NCBI GenBank assembly: GCA_003650545.1
Contig: QMQO01000004.1
Coordinates: 1-63,942 of the forward strand
Reading direction: 5' to 3'
DNA from: Candidatus Woesearchaeota archaeon
Lineage (GTDB): Archaea > Nanobdellota > Nanobdellia > Woesearchaeales > B72-G16
DNA length: 63,942 nt
Part shown: one piece after another, positions 19,471 through 29,033 of the stretch
How the letters are laid out: each line of letters opens with the position of its first letter
Numbering within the stretch: the stretch's first letter is position 1
Program-made: the position numbers and the translations under genes
The notes under the pieces: generated by a model
The model's database searches: none
What the model was told of the DNA's origin: nothing
What the model saw: only the letters and a program-made list of their open reading frames with translations

Positions 19471-21240
19471 ATGGCAAAAATAAAGCCCCAATCCTTAAAA
19501 GTGTTAGAAAAAAGTCTAATGTATAAAGAGAGAGCCCTCAAGAAACAAGAAGAACTCCTTAAGAAACAAAAGCAAAGAATTCAGAGAAAATATTCTTCAT
19601 ACAATAAGGATCTTCAAAACTTAAAAAAACTCAAAAGAGAAATAGAGAATGAAATCAATAAGAAAACAAAAGAGATTGCTTCTCAACGTAGAGAAATTAA
19701 AAGGAGAGAATCTCTGCTTGAAAAAAAACAAGCCACAGCATTAAACAAACTGAATCTAATTATAACTCAGATTGAAAAATTAAAAAAGACTAAAAACGAA
19801 TTAAATAAAGAAATTCTAGAAAAGAAAAAAACTCTAGCCACTGTTAAAGAACAATCTAGAAAAATTGAAGCGGATATCCTAAAAAAAGAAAAAAGACTTA
19901 AAAAAAGGGAAGATGTCTTACTCGCAAAAGTAAATCTACTCGAGAAAAACCATAAAGAGCTCATCGCTCTTAAATCTAGTCTTGAAAAGAAAGCTCGCGA
20001 ACTTCATCTAAGGCATAGCAGTCTTCTAAAGCGCGAACAGGTTGTTGATTCGTTAGAGAGGCAATGGCTTGAGAAACAGAAAAAAATTGAAACTAATATA
20101 AATAAGCTAGAAGCTATACGCGAATCAACAGACCAAAAACTCAAAGAAAGAAAAGTTTTACTGCGTGACATTGAAAAAGAGGCCAAATTAATTGAAGCTG
20201 ACATACTAAAAAAAGAGAATAAGCTTAAGACTCAAAAAGACGAATTATTAAAAATAAAAGATATGCTCACAAAAAGGAAGAATGAACTTGATAAACAACA
20301 AGCTTTATTAGAAAAAAAAGCACAGGAACTATCAAAAAAAGAAAGCATTTTGAAAAACGCCGAAAAAAGTTGGGCTACTAAAGAACGTTCTATGCAAAAT
20401 AAATTAGCAGTCTTGCAAAAAGCCATTGAAAACGCAAAGATAGAAAAAGTAAAAGAACTAGAAAAGTTAGACAAACAGATAAAAGCAAAAATTGAATCAA
20501 AATCTGGAAAAATACAAACTTTGGATAAACAGATTGCGGCTGCAACATCAAAACTGAAAGAAACTACACAGCAAATCGCTTCGATGAAAAAGGAATTATC
20601 CCGTGAAAAAAGTGAGTTCAAAAAAGATAAATTAAAGATACAAAAAATCAATGCTTCTTTTGAAGAACGCGAAAAAACAATAGCCGAATACAAAGATCTT
20701 CTAGCTAAGAAAGAGAAACTACTACAAGACAAAGAAAGAGACATCGAAAAGACCGAATTAGACGTCAAGCACAAAAATGAGTTAATTACAGAAAAACTGA
20801 AAAATATCACAAATACAGAAAAAAAGATAAAAGACGAGCTTAAATACCTCAAAGAAAAAGAGGATAAAATACAAAAAGCTCGTGAATTAAAAGAAAATAT
20901 ACGCAAGCTTCGTTTAGTTCTATGGGATATTGACGAAGAAATCAAGAAAAAGCAGGCAGAGCTTGGCAAAGCTGTTGTAGAACCAAAGTTGGAAGGTTAT
21001 GTAGAAAGGGAAGCTGAGCTTGCATTTAAACCAAAACCAAGTAAACATAAAGAGCTTGACCTTGCAATGAAACTTTGTGCAGCTCAGGTTAGGCGTGGCC
21101 AAATTAATGAGGCGAAAAAAACTTATATGCAGATCAGGCGGATGTATCGTAAACTAAAGTTCAAGAAAGACGAGAAATATTTAGTAGGTCTAAAAATACA
21201 GGACCTATATGACGACATAAAACTAAAAGAGATTGAATAG
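19471..21240 (+). CDS. Cytoplasmic K/E-rich coiled-coil protein with a small C-terminal globular domain
   Basis: 589 aa with heptad-like K/E/L composition throughout. It has internal repeats (KIEADILKKEKRLKKREDVLLAK... / LIEADILKKENKLKTQKDELLKI...). There is no signal peptide or TM helix. Confidence 0.6.
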   Translation: MAKIKPQSLKVLEKSLMYKERALKKQEELLKKQKQRIQRKYSSYNKDLQNLKKLKREIENEINKKTKEIASQRREIKRRESLLEKKQATALNKLNLIITQIEKLKKTKNELNKEILEKKKTLATVKEQSRKIEADILKKEKRLKKREDVLLAKVNLLEKNHKELIALKSSLEKKARELHLRHSSLLKREQVVDSLERQWLEKQKKIETNINKLEAIRESTDQKLKERKVLLRDIEKEAKLIEADILKKENKLKTQKDELLKIKDMLTKRKNELDKQQALLEKKAQELSKKESILKNAEKSWATKERSMQNKLAVLQKAIENAKIEKVKELEKLDKQIKAKIESKSGKIQTLDKQIAAATSKLKETTQQIASMKKELSREKSEFKKDKLKIQKINASFEEREKTIAEYKDLLAKKEKLLQDKERDIEKTELDVKHKNELITEKLKNITNTEKKIKDELKYLKEKEDKIQKARELKENIRKLRLVLWDIDEEIKKKQAELGKAVVEPKLEGYVEREAELAFKPKPSKHKELDLAMKLCAAQVRRGQINEAKKTYMQIRRMYRKLKFKKDEKYLVGLKIQDLYDDIKLKEIE

Positions 21241-21259
21241 ATCGTCTAAAATAAATCTT

Positions 21260-22363
21260 CTAATTGTCATTAATATTTGCTCTGATAATCTTATCCTCCT
21301 CATCAATCTTAAACTTAACATCTAAAAATTTCTCAACAACATAAATATTTGTCCTTGTATGATCACTTATCTCAGAAACTTTCATTCTACCACCAACTAA
21401 GGCCAATATAGGAATCAGATTATCAGCCAAATGCTTGTCAACTGGAGCTCCTGAGCTGATCTCTTCTATTAGTCTTTTTCCTGCTTCAGTACCTACTTTC
21501 TCTGCGGGTTTCCCACGTTCACCCAACGCATCTGCACCAATCCTAATCGGATTGTTAAGATCTATTTCATCATCCTGTAGAGAGAAAACAGCCCACAATG
21601 TTATACCCGAACCAGCACACAACACATCAGCATATTCTTTTCTGATCTTAATTGGTGCATTTAACTTATTAAGTTCCATCTTTGCTGCTCTCGCTTGCCT
21701 ATCAGCTACATCAGCTTTCTCCAGAATTTTAGCAGCATGACTAACCCCTTTAATCTGTATTAGCTGACCTTGCTTCACTAGTTTAATCACAAAGTGCTTA
21801 TCGTGAATTCTACCTAAAAACTCTTTAAATTCGCTAAAATCGCCAACACTCACCTTAGGTTTTATCTTTAAAGTTACCTTTCCTCCACCCATAGGATAAT
21901 AGCCTCGCTTCTCCAACCTGCAATCAATTTCAGCAAATCTATTTAGCTGTGGTAGTAAAACTTCTTTAAAATAATCGATAGGCATACTCCATCGAGTGTC
22001 TGTACCACCTTTAATTCTGATTGTTATAACCCTATTTGCAAAAATACAAGGTAACAACAAAGATTGCATCAATAACGTTATACTCCCTGCCGTACCGACA
22101 TCTATGTTTAAGGTTTTTGCTTTAATTTTCTCAGGAATATAAATTATCTCATGCGAACCAAGATTTACGCCTTTAACTTTAGCTCCGCATAACTCTTGCA
22201 ATGCCTTAACACAATGAAGATGCTGAGCTTTTAAGCCAGATTTACATCTACCTCTCCTTATATCTGTAACCCTAAATGGCTTTCTTGTCAATGTTGATAA
22301 CGCTAAGGCCTGTCTTACTATACTTCCGCCTCCTTCACCATAGCTTCCATCTAACTCAATCAT
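21260..22363 (-). CDS. rtcA: RNA 3'-terminal phosphate cyclase
   Basis: MIELDGSYGEGGGSIVRQALALSTLTRKPFRVTDIRRGR plus full-length RtcA-like architecture (367 aa). Confidence 0.85.
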   Translation of the reverse strand: MIELDGSYGEGGGSIVRQALALSTLTRKPFRVTDIRRGRCKSGLKAQHLHCVKALQELCGAKVKGVNLGSHEIIYIPEKIKAKTLNIDVGTAGSITLLMQSLLLPCIFANRVITIRIKGGTDTRWSMPIDYFKEVLLPQLNRFAEIDCRLEKRGYYPMGGGKVTLKIKPKVSVGDFSEFKEFLGRIHDKHFVIKLVKQGQLIQIKGVSHAAKILEKADVADRQARAAKMELNKLNAPIKIRKEYADVLCAGSGITLWAVFSLQDDEIDLNNPIRIGADALGERGKPAEKVGTEAGKRLIEEISSGAPVDKHLADNLIPILALVGGRMKVSEISDHTRTNIYVVEKFLDVKFKIDEEDKIIRANINDN

Positions 22364-22433
22364 TTATAAAAACCTCACATATTCAAAAAGAATTAAAAAG
22401 CGTTTATAAAATTTTATATCAGTTCTATAAAAT

Positions 22434-22667
22434 TTATATCAATTCTTCGATATCTTGAAGCTCCTTCTCAAGATTTTCAAGATCCGAAATATCCAATTCT
22501 TCATCTACATTAGATATATCACTAATTCCTCCAGAAATCTCCTCAACATCTTTATCTTCTGTAACAATTGGCTTAGGCTCAGGCTTAACAGTCTTCTTTA
22601 CACAACCTGCTGTTATAATCAAACCTATGATAAGTGCAACAATCAGCAATGTAATAAATCTCTTCAT
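22434..22667 (-). CDS. Small lipoprotein with an acidic tail
   Basis: I re-set the start to the ATG at 22667 behind GGTGA: MKRFITLLIVALIIGLIITAGC (lipobox). The tail is D/E-rich. Confidence 0.5.
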   Translation of the reverse strand: MKRFITLLIVALIIGLIITAGCVKKTVKPEPKPIVTEDKDVEEISGGISDISNVDEELDISDLENLEKELQDIEELI

Positions 22668-22804
22668 TATCTCACCTAACATTAGTTAATTAAAGTTTAT
22701 TTTTAAAGGTTTTGGTTTTGATTTTTGTATGATTTTGTTAACACACTAAAAAGTGTTATTAACATTTACGAAATAAAAATCACATAAATAAAAAAAAATT
22801 AAAA

Positions 22805-24538
22805 TTATTCTGTCTCATTTACACTTGTAATCTCGCTTGTGTTGTCTGTTTCTTCTATCGTCACTGTCCCATTTAAGGAAGCATCTGTTGTTATTTCTGC
22901 TTCTTCTTCACTCATTTCTGTTTCGACCTCTTCTTCTGTTTCTTCTGTTCCTTCTTCTGTTTCTACTACAACGTCTTCTTCCTCATCCTCAATCGTCTCT
23001 TCTTCCTCCTCTTCCAAACCATTTTCAATCTCAGCAGATGGTTCTACCAACCCTAACTCTTCGTCTTCTTCAAGCTCAGTCTCGCCTCCCTGAGCCTTGA
23101 TCTGAAGTAAGATTGCTTTCATAGTCTCTCGAGCTTCTTTAAGATGATTCTTTGCGCTTGATATAAACATCTTTGCTTCTTTTAATGCTGATTCTTTTGA
23201 ATCGGCATCTTCTGCTTCTTTAGCTTCTTTAAACTTTGTTTCCGCAGACTTGAAATCAGCCTTAGCTGCATCCATGTGGGTTTTAAACTCATCTATCTTC
23301 GATCTTATCGGTTCTATATCCTTACCATTAATCACCATTCTTCCTAGAACACGCTCTAGCTTAGCTTCAAGCTGCCTTGCTCTCACGACGACAACACCTA
23401 TTCTAGCATTAACTAGCTTACCAGTTGCTCTCTCTACAATTGGTTTAGTATTTCTCCAAGCAGCCCTTATTTGTGAAGCTACCTTTCTTATCTCCCATCT
23501 ATCTTCAGACGTTTCTATTATTTCTTTAGCTTCTTCTATTATCTTTATTCTTTCGTCTACCTTCGCAAGAAGTTCTGCTGCTTCCTCATCGCTTAAATCT
23601 TCAGCAGTTTCTATCTTTGCCCTAACCTTCTCTAATGCTGCAAGTATCACATCTGCACTTTTACCTAAAAAATTCTTTGCATCTTCCTTTGCTTGCTCTC
23701 TTATCTGTTCACATTCTTCTGTTTCTTGATCTTTACAAGCTTGCAGAGCCAATTTCTTGGCTTCTATTTTTTCTTTTGCTAGGTTAAATTTTTCTCTTCT
23801 TTCTTCGAACAATTCTTTCGCATGACTAAACTTCTTTTTTGCAGCCTCCAGTTTTGATTTAACAATTAATCTAGCTTTTGTTTTATTTTTAAACTTACTA
23901 AAATACTTGTCTTCTTTTAATTCGTTTAGCCTTTTAGCTACTACAAGTTTTTTTTCTTCTATTGTTCTCAAACGCTCTAGATCTTTTTCTTTCAACCGTT
24001 CTATGTTTTTAATTTTCAGTTTGAGCTTTTCCTCGCATTTCTCTTTTGGTAAACCAAGCTCTTTACATTTTTCTATAGAGACCATGAGCTGTTGTTTTTG
24101 AAACTCGCGGAAATCAGTCATGTTAAATTTCTTAATTTCTCTTACTCGTTCCACGATTTTCTTTGCTACTACAGCTCTTAATCCACAAGCTCTTTTAGCT
24201 TCTTCTTCAGAAAGACCTTTTTCTTCAATAAGATTTTTCACGCATTCTTCAACAACCTGTAGTTTAGCTTCAATGCGTTGTCTTATATCATCCTGAATAT
24301 CCACATCATCTTTAATATTCTGATTGATAATAGGTTTTTTCGTCCTAATGCCCTGTTTAACGATCGAGACTGGTGACTCTTCACCTTTCAATGCGTCCAT
24401 GTCGGATGTTGCTATGTTACCCTGTGCTAACGTAAAAGGTAACATACTAACTATAATAACAAAAACCATCAACATTGCATAAACCTTATTCATGTCCAAA
24501 AATCTTCTGTTTTTGGTGTGAAAATCTTTAACTTTCAT
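22805..24538 (-). CDS. Secreted or anchored long coiled-coil protein with a poly-acidic C-terminus
   Basis: N-terminal hydrophobic segment (VYAMLMVFVIIVSMLPFTLAQG), about 400 aa of K/E/A-rich coiled coil, then an E/T-rich tail (EEEEETIEDEEEDVVVETEEGTEETEEE...). Confidence 0.6.
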   Translation of the reverse strand: MKVKDFHTKNRRFLDMNKVYAMLMVFVIIVSMLPFTLAQGNIATSDMDALKGEESPVSIVKQGIRTKKPIINQNIKDDVDIQDDIRQRIEAKLQVVEECVKNLIEEKGLSEEEAKRACGLRAVVAKKIVERVREIKKFNMTDFREFQKQQLMVSIEKCKELGLPKEKCEEKLKLKIKNIERLKEKDLERLRTIEEKKLVVAKRLNELKEDKYFSKFKNKTKARLIVKSKLEAAKKKFSHAKELFEERREKFNLAKEKIEAKKLALQACKDQETEECEQIREQAKEDAKNFLGKSADVILAALEKVRAKIETAEDLSDEEAAELLAKVDERIKIIEEAKEIIETSEDRWEIRKVASQIRAAWRNTKPIVERATGKLVNARIGVVVVRARQLEAKLERVLGRMVINGKDIEPIRSKIDEFKTHMDAAKADFKSAETKFKEAKEAEDADSKESALKEAKMFISSAKNHLKEARETMKAILLQIKAQGGETELEEDEELGLVEPSAEIENGLEEEEEETIEDEEEDVVVETEEGTEETEEEVETEMSEEEAEITTDASLNGTVTIEETDNTSEITSVNETE

Positions 24539-24790
24539 TTTATCCCTCCACTTATTTTATCCTAATTTTAAAAAGGCAAAATATTAATGATAAGCCATGG
24601 TAAGCCATATAACGATAAGCTAATAACAATTCTAACATCAGCCTTGTTTATAAAGATACTTTTTTGATGGGTAATGTGAACACGGATTAAAGCTTTACAA
24701 CACAAAAATTTTAAAGAATTAAGCTTTACAAACATAATTTTAATTTGCAATCATAAATTTTAAAAAAGAAATTCAATTATCATAAAAATA

Positions 24791-25483
24791 ATGATAAAAT
24801 CAAAGATATTATTATCAACATTACTGGTAATCTTTTTAGCTAATTTAACAGCAGCAGCCACACTATCTGGCAAAGTTTATGATGATTCACTAACTAAGAT
24901 AGATAACGCAATAGTTGAAATTAACACTCTTCCTATACAACGTGCAATTACAGAATCTGGCCAATACACTTTTCAAGTTCAACCAGGCAATTATACAATA
25001 ACAGCCAAATACAATGATCTTTTTGCTGCAGAGATAGTTTCCATAGCTAATGAAGGCACTTACAGAATAGATCTAATATTGTTTCCCAGTCTAGAAGACG
25101 AATTAGCAGACATAAGCAACATCTCAATAGGCGCTATTTTTGAAGACGAGCCTAAAATCAGATACGAATTCTTGTATATTACCATTATAATACTATTTAT
25201 TATTATAATATACTTATTAATAAAAAAGAAAAAAAAGATTGAAAAAAAAACGAAAAAATCAATAGAGGAATTGAAACAATTCACTAAAAGTGATGCAACG
25301 CCTGATAAGATCATCGCTTTCATTAAGAAAGAAGGTGGTAGAACAACACAGAAAGCAATCAGAAAAGAATTTCCATTATCTGAAGCGAAGATCAGCCTGA
25401 TGATTGCTGAGCTAGAAAATGCGGGAAAAATAAGAAAGATTAAAAAAGGCAGAGCAAATATTGTTATATTAAATGAAATTTAA
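24791..25483 (+). CDS. Membrane-tethered winged-helix regulator (signal peptide, extracellular beta-sandwich, TM helix, cytoplasmic wHTH)
   Basis: Signal-like MIKSKILLSTLLVIFLANLTAAA. CarboxypepD_reg-like LSGKVYDD...GQYTFQVQPGNYTITAKY. TM helix FLYITIIILFIIIIYLLI followed by KKKKKIEKKTKK. C-terminal wHTH IIAFIKKEGGRTTQKAIRKEFPLSEAKISLMIAELENAGKIRKIKKGRANIV. Confidence 0.65.
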   Translation: MIKSKILLSTLLVIFLANLTAAATLSGKVYDDSLTKIDNAIVEINTLPIQRAITESGQYTFQVQPGNYTITAKYNDLFAAEIVSIANEGTYRIDLILFPSLEDELADISNISIGAIFEDEPKIRYEFLYITIIILFIIIIYLLIKKKKKIEKKTKKSIEELKQFTKSDATPDKIIAFIKKEGGRTTQKAIRKEFPLSEAKISLMIAELENAGKIRKIKKGRANIVILNEI

Positions 25484-25892
25484 AAAATCAGACAACAAAT
25501 ACATCGTACGCTTAGAGAAGGGCGAGGAGATTATAGAGCAATTAACAAATCTATGCAAACACGAAAATATCAAAGCAGGATATATCCTCGGTCTCGGAGC
25601 TATAAACAAGGCAGAGTTGGGTTTATACAATTTAACAACAAAAGAATATAAAAGCAAAGAGATAGAAGGCAGTTACGAGATAACAATATTAAATGGTAAT
25701 ATCTCAATAATGAATGGTGATCCATACCTACATGTTCATATCACTGTAAGTGATGATAATTTCCAGGTATTCGGCGGCCATTGTAAGTATGCCATTGTCT
25801 CAGCTACATGTGAAATTACAATATTTCCGATAGATACAGATATCGACCGTTACTTTGACAGAGAGATCGGACTTAATTTATATAAAATTTAA
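25473..25892 (+). CDS. PPC-domain (DUF296) protein
   Basis: YIVRLEKGEEIIEQLTNLCKHENIKAGYILGLGAINKAELG...YEITILNGNIS...GDPYLHVHITVSD..FQVFGGH matches the PPC/DUF296 pattern. It overlaps the preceding gene by 11 nt. Confidence 0.7.
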   Translation: MKFKKSDNKYIVRLEKGEEIIEQLTNLCKHENIKAGYILGLGAINKAELGLYNLTTKEYKSKEIEGSYEITILNGNISIMNGDPYLHVHITVSDDNFQVFGGHCKYAIVSATCEITIFPIDTDIDRYFDREIGLNLYKI

Positions 25893-25971
25893 GAATTATA
25901 AAGTTTAAAATCTTTAGATATCTAAACACATTAAGAATAGAAAAGAAATTATAAGAAGATATAGAAAAAAT

Positions 25972-26682
25972 CTATTTCTGTCTAAACAACACAGTAACCC
26001 GATATAAATTCTTAGAAGTCAATTTATTCCTACCATATAACTTAACAGAAACCTTCACCTCACCTTTAAATCTCTTCTTTAGTTTAACACCAAACTTCTT
26101 AAGAAAATTTTGGTTTGTTACATAAAAATCATAACCATTCTTGACCTTTAATTCCTTTGTGACAAAAACTCCTCGCTTTCCAGCCTTATTCAACTGTTGC
26201 TTTACATAGGTATAAACTTCTTCATCAATATCCCTTAATTGTAAAACACCCTCATAATATTGTGTTCCTTTTTTACTACAAATCTTACACGTTGTAAAAC
26301 TGATCTTAATGGGAACAATATACCTTTCTTTGGACAATGTCTTTTGCTTAGGATGAACCTTCCCTTTGATAACAACTTCCGTCTCACCATTTATAGTTAC
26401 ACCTGGTTTTGATTTGAAATCTGGCAGTATAGGTTTAACTATAAACTCTTCTATCTTAGCTCCAGGTGTAAATTTTGTCTTGTTTTTAATCTTAGACATA
26501 AGAGCATGCTTTAAATCTGTAAATCTAATCCAACGGTTTCCACTCTGAAACTTGCTACAACTAAAGCACACAACAAGGTGAATATCCTTAAAACTATCCA
26601 AAAGGCTATGCTCTTCTTTATAGCAGTGTTCACACAATACATCCAAAACTCTCTTTGATCCACATTTCGGGCAAAATGCCAT
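25972..26682 (-). CDS. NMD3-family protein (archaeal 60S-export/ribosome-associated Zn-binding homolog)
   Basis: I used the ATG at 26682; the track start is an upstream TTG. Sequence: MAFCPKCGSK...CEHCY...VVCFSCSKFQSGNRWI, followed by a beta-rich body. Confidence 0.6.
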   Translation of the reverse strand: MAFCPKCGSKRVLDVLCEHCYKEEHSLLDSFKDIHLVVCFSCSKFQSGNRWIRFTDLKHALMSKIKNKTKFTPGAKIEEFIVKPILPDFKSKPGVTINGETEVVIKGKVHPKQKTLSKERYIVPIKISFTTCKICSKKGTQYYEGVLQLRDIDEEVYTYVKQQLNKAGKRGVFVTKELKVKNGYDFYVTNQNFLKKFGVKLKKRFKGEVKVSVKLYGRNKLTSKNLYRVTVLFRQK

Positions 26683-26736
26683 AGAGAACAATAAAAACCG
26701 CAATATTTAAATTACTTTTGATAATCTTCAAAAATA

Positions 26737-27531
26737 ATGAAAAATAATAGTGAAGATAGAAGGAATAGTGAAAATAGAAAGAAGCCAAAAACCCTTCTTA
26801 AAAAAATTTGGTATTTTCTTTGGCATGAAGATAGTATTTGGAGTTGGATCGCTAATATCATAATTGCGATCGTATTAATAAAATTCGTACTGTTTCCTTT
26901 ACTAGGTCTTATTTTTTCTACTTCACACCCTATAGTCGCTGTTGTCTCGGGGAGTATGGAACACAAAATAACTGGCTGTGGCATCTGCGGTCAGTTTCCT
27001 GAGCATAAAGCCAACCTAGAAGAAAATTTTGATGAATATTGGAGATTATGTGGCGGCTGGTATGAAAAAAGAAACATCTCTAAAGAAAAATTTAACAGCT
27101 TCATATTCACCAATGGTTTTAACAAGGGCGATATCATGTTTGTGCACGGCAAAAAGCCAAAAGATATAAACATTGGAGATATCCTCATATTCCAGACAAA
27201 ATCCCGTCCAGACCCGATAATTCATCGTGTGGTTAACAAATGGCAAGATAAAAATGGCAAGTTTCATTTTCAAACAAAAGGAGACCATAATTCAGATTCG
27301 AACCAACTTTACGGAATTATTCAAAACAACATGATAATCCAGACGAGCAAGGATACACCAGGTGCAATTAAGTTCATTGACGAGACAGACATAACAGAAG
27401 ATCAAATAACAGACTACAAACTTGGCACAGCATCTTTCCGTATCCCATATGTTGGTTATGTCAAGATAGGTGCAGTAAACTTTATTTGCTTGTTTGGTGA
27501 TTATGGCTTTTGCCAAAAAAGTACCTGTTAA
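26737..27531 (+). CDS. Signal peptidase I, archaeal/eukaryal S26B (Sec11) type
   Basis: N-terminal TM helix, catalytic AVVSGSMEH, IIHRVV and KGDHN boxes. An insertion after the Ser box carries a CxxC. Confidence 0.7.
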   Translation: MKNNSEDRRNSENRKKPKTLLKKIWYFLWHEDSIWSWIANIIIAIVLIKFVLFPLLGLIFSTSHPIVAVVSGSMEHKITGCGICGQFPEHKANLEENFDEYWRLCGGWYEKRNISKEKFNSFIFTNGFNKGDIMFVHGKKPKDINIGDILIFQTKSRPDPIIHRVVNKWQDKNGKFHFQTKGDHNSDSNQLYGIIQNNMIIQTSKDTPGAIKFIDETDITEDQITDYKLGTASFRIPYVGYVKIGAVNFICLFGDYGFCQKSTC

Positions 27532-27577
27532 AAAGCAGCAGTCTCAAAAAAAACTCAAAAAACTCGGAGGAAGAAAA

Positions 27578-27901
27578 ATGATGTTTTGTCCAAAATGTGG
27601 GTCGATACTCGTTCCAAAAAAAGATGGTGATAAAAAAAAACTAGTTTGCTCTTGTGGTTTTACAACAACAGAAATAAAAGATGCAAAGATTGTTGAAATA
27701 GTGAAAAAGAAAGAAAAAGAATTTGATGTAGTAGACATAAAAAAAGAAGAAAAAACCCTTCCATTAACAGACGCAAAGTGTGACAAATGCGGTCATAACA
27801 AAGCGTATTATTGGACAATTCAAACAAGGGCAAGCGATGAACCCGAAACAAAATTTTTAAGGTGCGAGAAGTGTAAGCACACATGGCGCGAATACACATA
27901 A
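27578..27901 (+). CDS. tfs: Transcription factor S (TFS; RpoM/TFIIS-like)
   Basis: I re-set the start to the ATG at 27578 behind GGAGG. N-terminal Zn-ribbon MMFCPKCGSIL...CSCG. C-terminal ribbon CDKCGHNKAYYWTIQTRASDEPETKFLRCEKCKHTW, including the acidic SDEP loop. Confidence 0.85.
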   Translation: MMFCPKCGSILVPKKDGDKKKLVCSCGFTTTEIKDAKIVEIVKKKEKEFDVVDIKKEEKTLPLTDAKCDKCGHNKAYYWTIQTRASDEPETKFLRCEKCKHTWREYT

Positions 27902-28153
27902 AATTAATTTTTTGAAACTTTTAATTATCTTTTCTTATTTTTTTTGGAAACAAATATTTTCTCGGAAACATAAAAATCTTAGAAAGATAATAAAAAAACT
28001 GAATCGTCGTCGGTAAAAATAAAAAAAATATTAGTTAATTTTTTTTCTGAATTTTTTCTTAAAAAAATTAAAGTTCCTAAAAAACAAAACATTTAAATAC
28101 TATAATTTATTACTATTATTTTATCAAAACTAATAATAAAAGAGGTGCTATAT

Positions 28154-28210
28154 ATGGCAAAGAGAAAGAAAAAGGCTAAAAAGAAAAAGGCCAAGAAAAA
28201 GAAAAAGTAA
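28154..28210 (+). CDS. 18-codon poly-Lys micro-ORF (possible eL41-like basic peptide)
   Basis: AAGAGGTG lies 6 nt upstream of the ATG. The peptide is MAKRKKKAKKKKAKKKKK. T-runs follow immediately. Coding status is unproven. Confidence 0.3.
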   Translation: MAKRKKKAKKKKAKKKKK

Positions 28211-28244
28211 AGTCTCTGCTTTTTTTTATTTTTTATTTTTTAAA

Positions 28245-28475
28245 ATGGTATCGTCTAATTCTCAAATAAAAATTATTGTGAGAACAAACGCTTCTAAAAC
28301 ACAACTTCTTAGTTATGATGAAACAAAGAGCGCATTTAGATTAGATGTTGCAGCCCCTCCAGATAAAAACAGAGCAAATCGTGAAATAATAAAGTTTTTT
28401 TCAAAGAAATTTAAAAAAAAAGCCAAAATCATTTCGGGCTTAAAGAGTAAAATAAAGATAGTCGAACTGATTTAG
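28245..28475 (+). CDS. DUF167 (YggU/UPF0235) family protein
   Basis: 76 aa: IKIIVRTNASKTQLL...FRLDVAAPPDKNRANREIIKFFSKKF...KIISGLKSKIKIVEL matches the DUF167 pattern. Confidence 0.7.
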   Translation: MVSSNSQIKIIVRTNASKTQLLSYDETKSAFRLDVAAPPDKNRANREIIKFFSKKFKKKAKIISGLKSKIKIVELI

Positions 28476-28711
28476 AACATCCAGTTTTAATATATAAAGA
28501 ACAACATACAATATTTCAATATTTTTCTTCAAATCTGAGGAAAGCTAAAAAAGTAAATAAATAGACAAATGAATAAAAAAGCATAAACTAATTAAAAAAA
28601 ATCAAGACACATAACTCTTAAAAAAACTAACAATGAAAAATTTATTCCTCTTCTTCAGGAATAAACTCAGTCAAGCATGTATTCTTCATAATTGTCTCAT
28701 AACTTATTTTT

Positions 28712-28963
28712 TTATTTTCTTTTATTGATTTCATTTAAAAGTTCCTCTCTGCTTGGTACCACTCCTCTAAATACTACATCGTCATTAATCACAATAGAAG
28801 GAGCTGAAACTATCTGTAAGCTATAAGCATCATAACGATTATCATCCTCATCCATTCTAACCTCAGAACATTCAATATCTTGCTCTTTAGCAACAACAGA
28901 ACAAATCTCTTTGGCAACAGGACACTTTGGACACTGGGACATTGTATATATTGTTAATTTCAA
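28712..28963 (-). CDS. Glutaredoxin/thioredoxin-fold small redox protein
   Basis: KLTIYTMSQCPKCPVAKE (CPxC after beta-1) and VSAPSIVINDDVVFRG (cis-Pro region). The start appears to be TTG, because the first in-frame ATG would remove beta-1. Confidence 0.7.
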   Translation of the reverse strand: MKLTIYTMSQCPKCPVAKEICSVVAKEQDIECSEVRMDEDDNRYDAYSLQIVSAPSIVINDDVVFRGVVPSREELLNEINKRK

Positions 28964-29033
28964 ACCATCACCTTTTTTAATTTCACCAAGAATTAAAATT
29001 TCAAAAAAATATTTTTTATTTAAAGAATATGAA

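Noticed and set aside
20232-20969. 245-aa minus-strand ORF (S/F/L-rich) and other antisense ORFs (19767-19964, 20004-20204, 20920-21102) inside the coiled-coil gene
   Set aside because: These are mirror-image artefacts. The reverse complement of GAA/AAA/AAG-rich coding DNA gives TTC/TTT/CTT with no stops. The composition is low-complexity, with no start context. The plus-strand ORF has coherent heptad structure.
22837-24101. Plus-strand ORFs (87, 84, 159 and 64 aa; L/S-rich) overlapping the 577-aa coiled-coil gene
   Set aside because: This is the same antisense low-complexity artefact of an E/K-rich gene.
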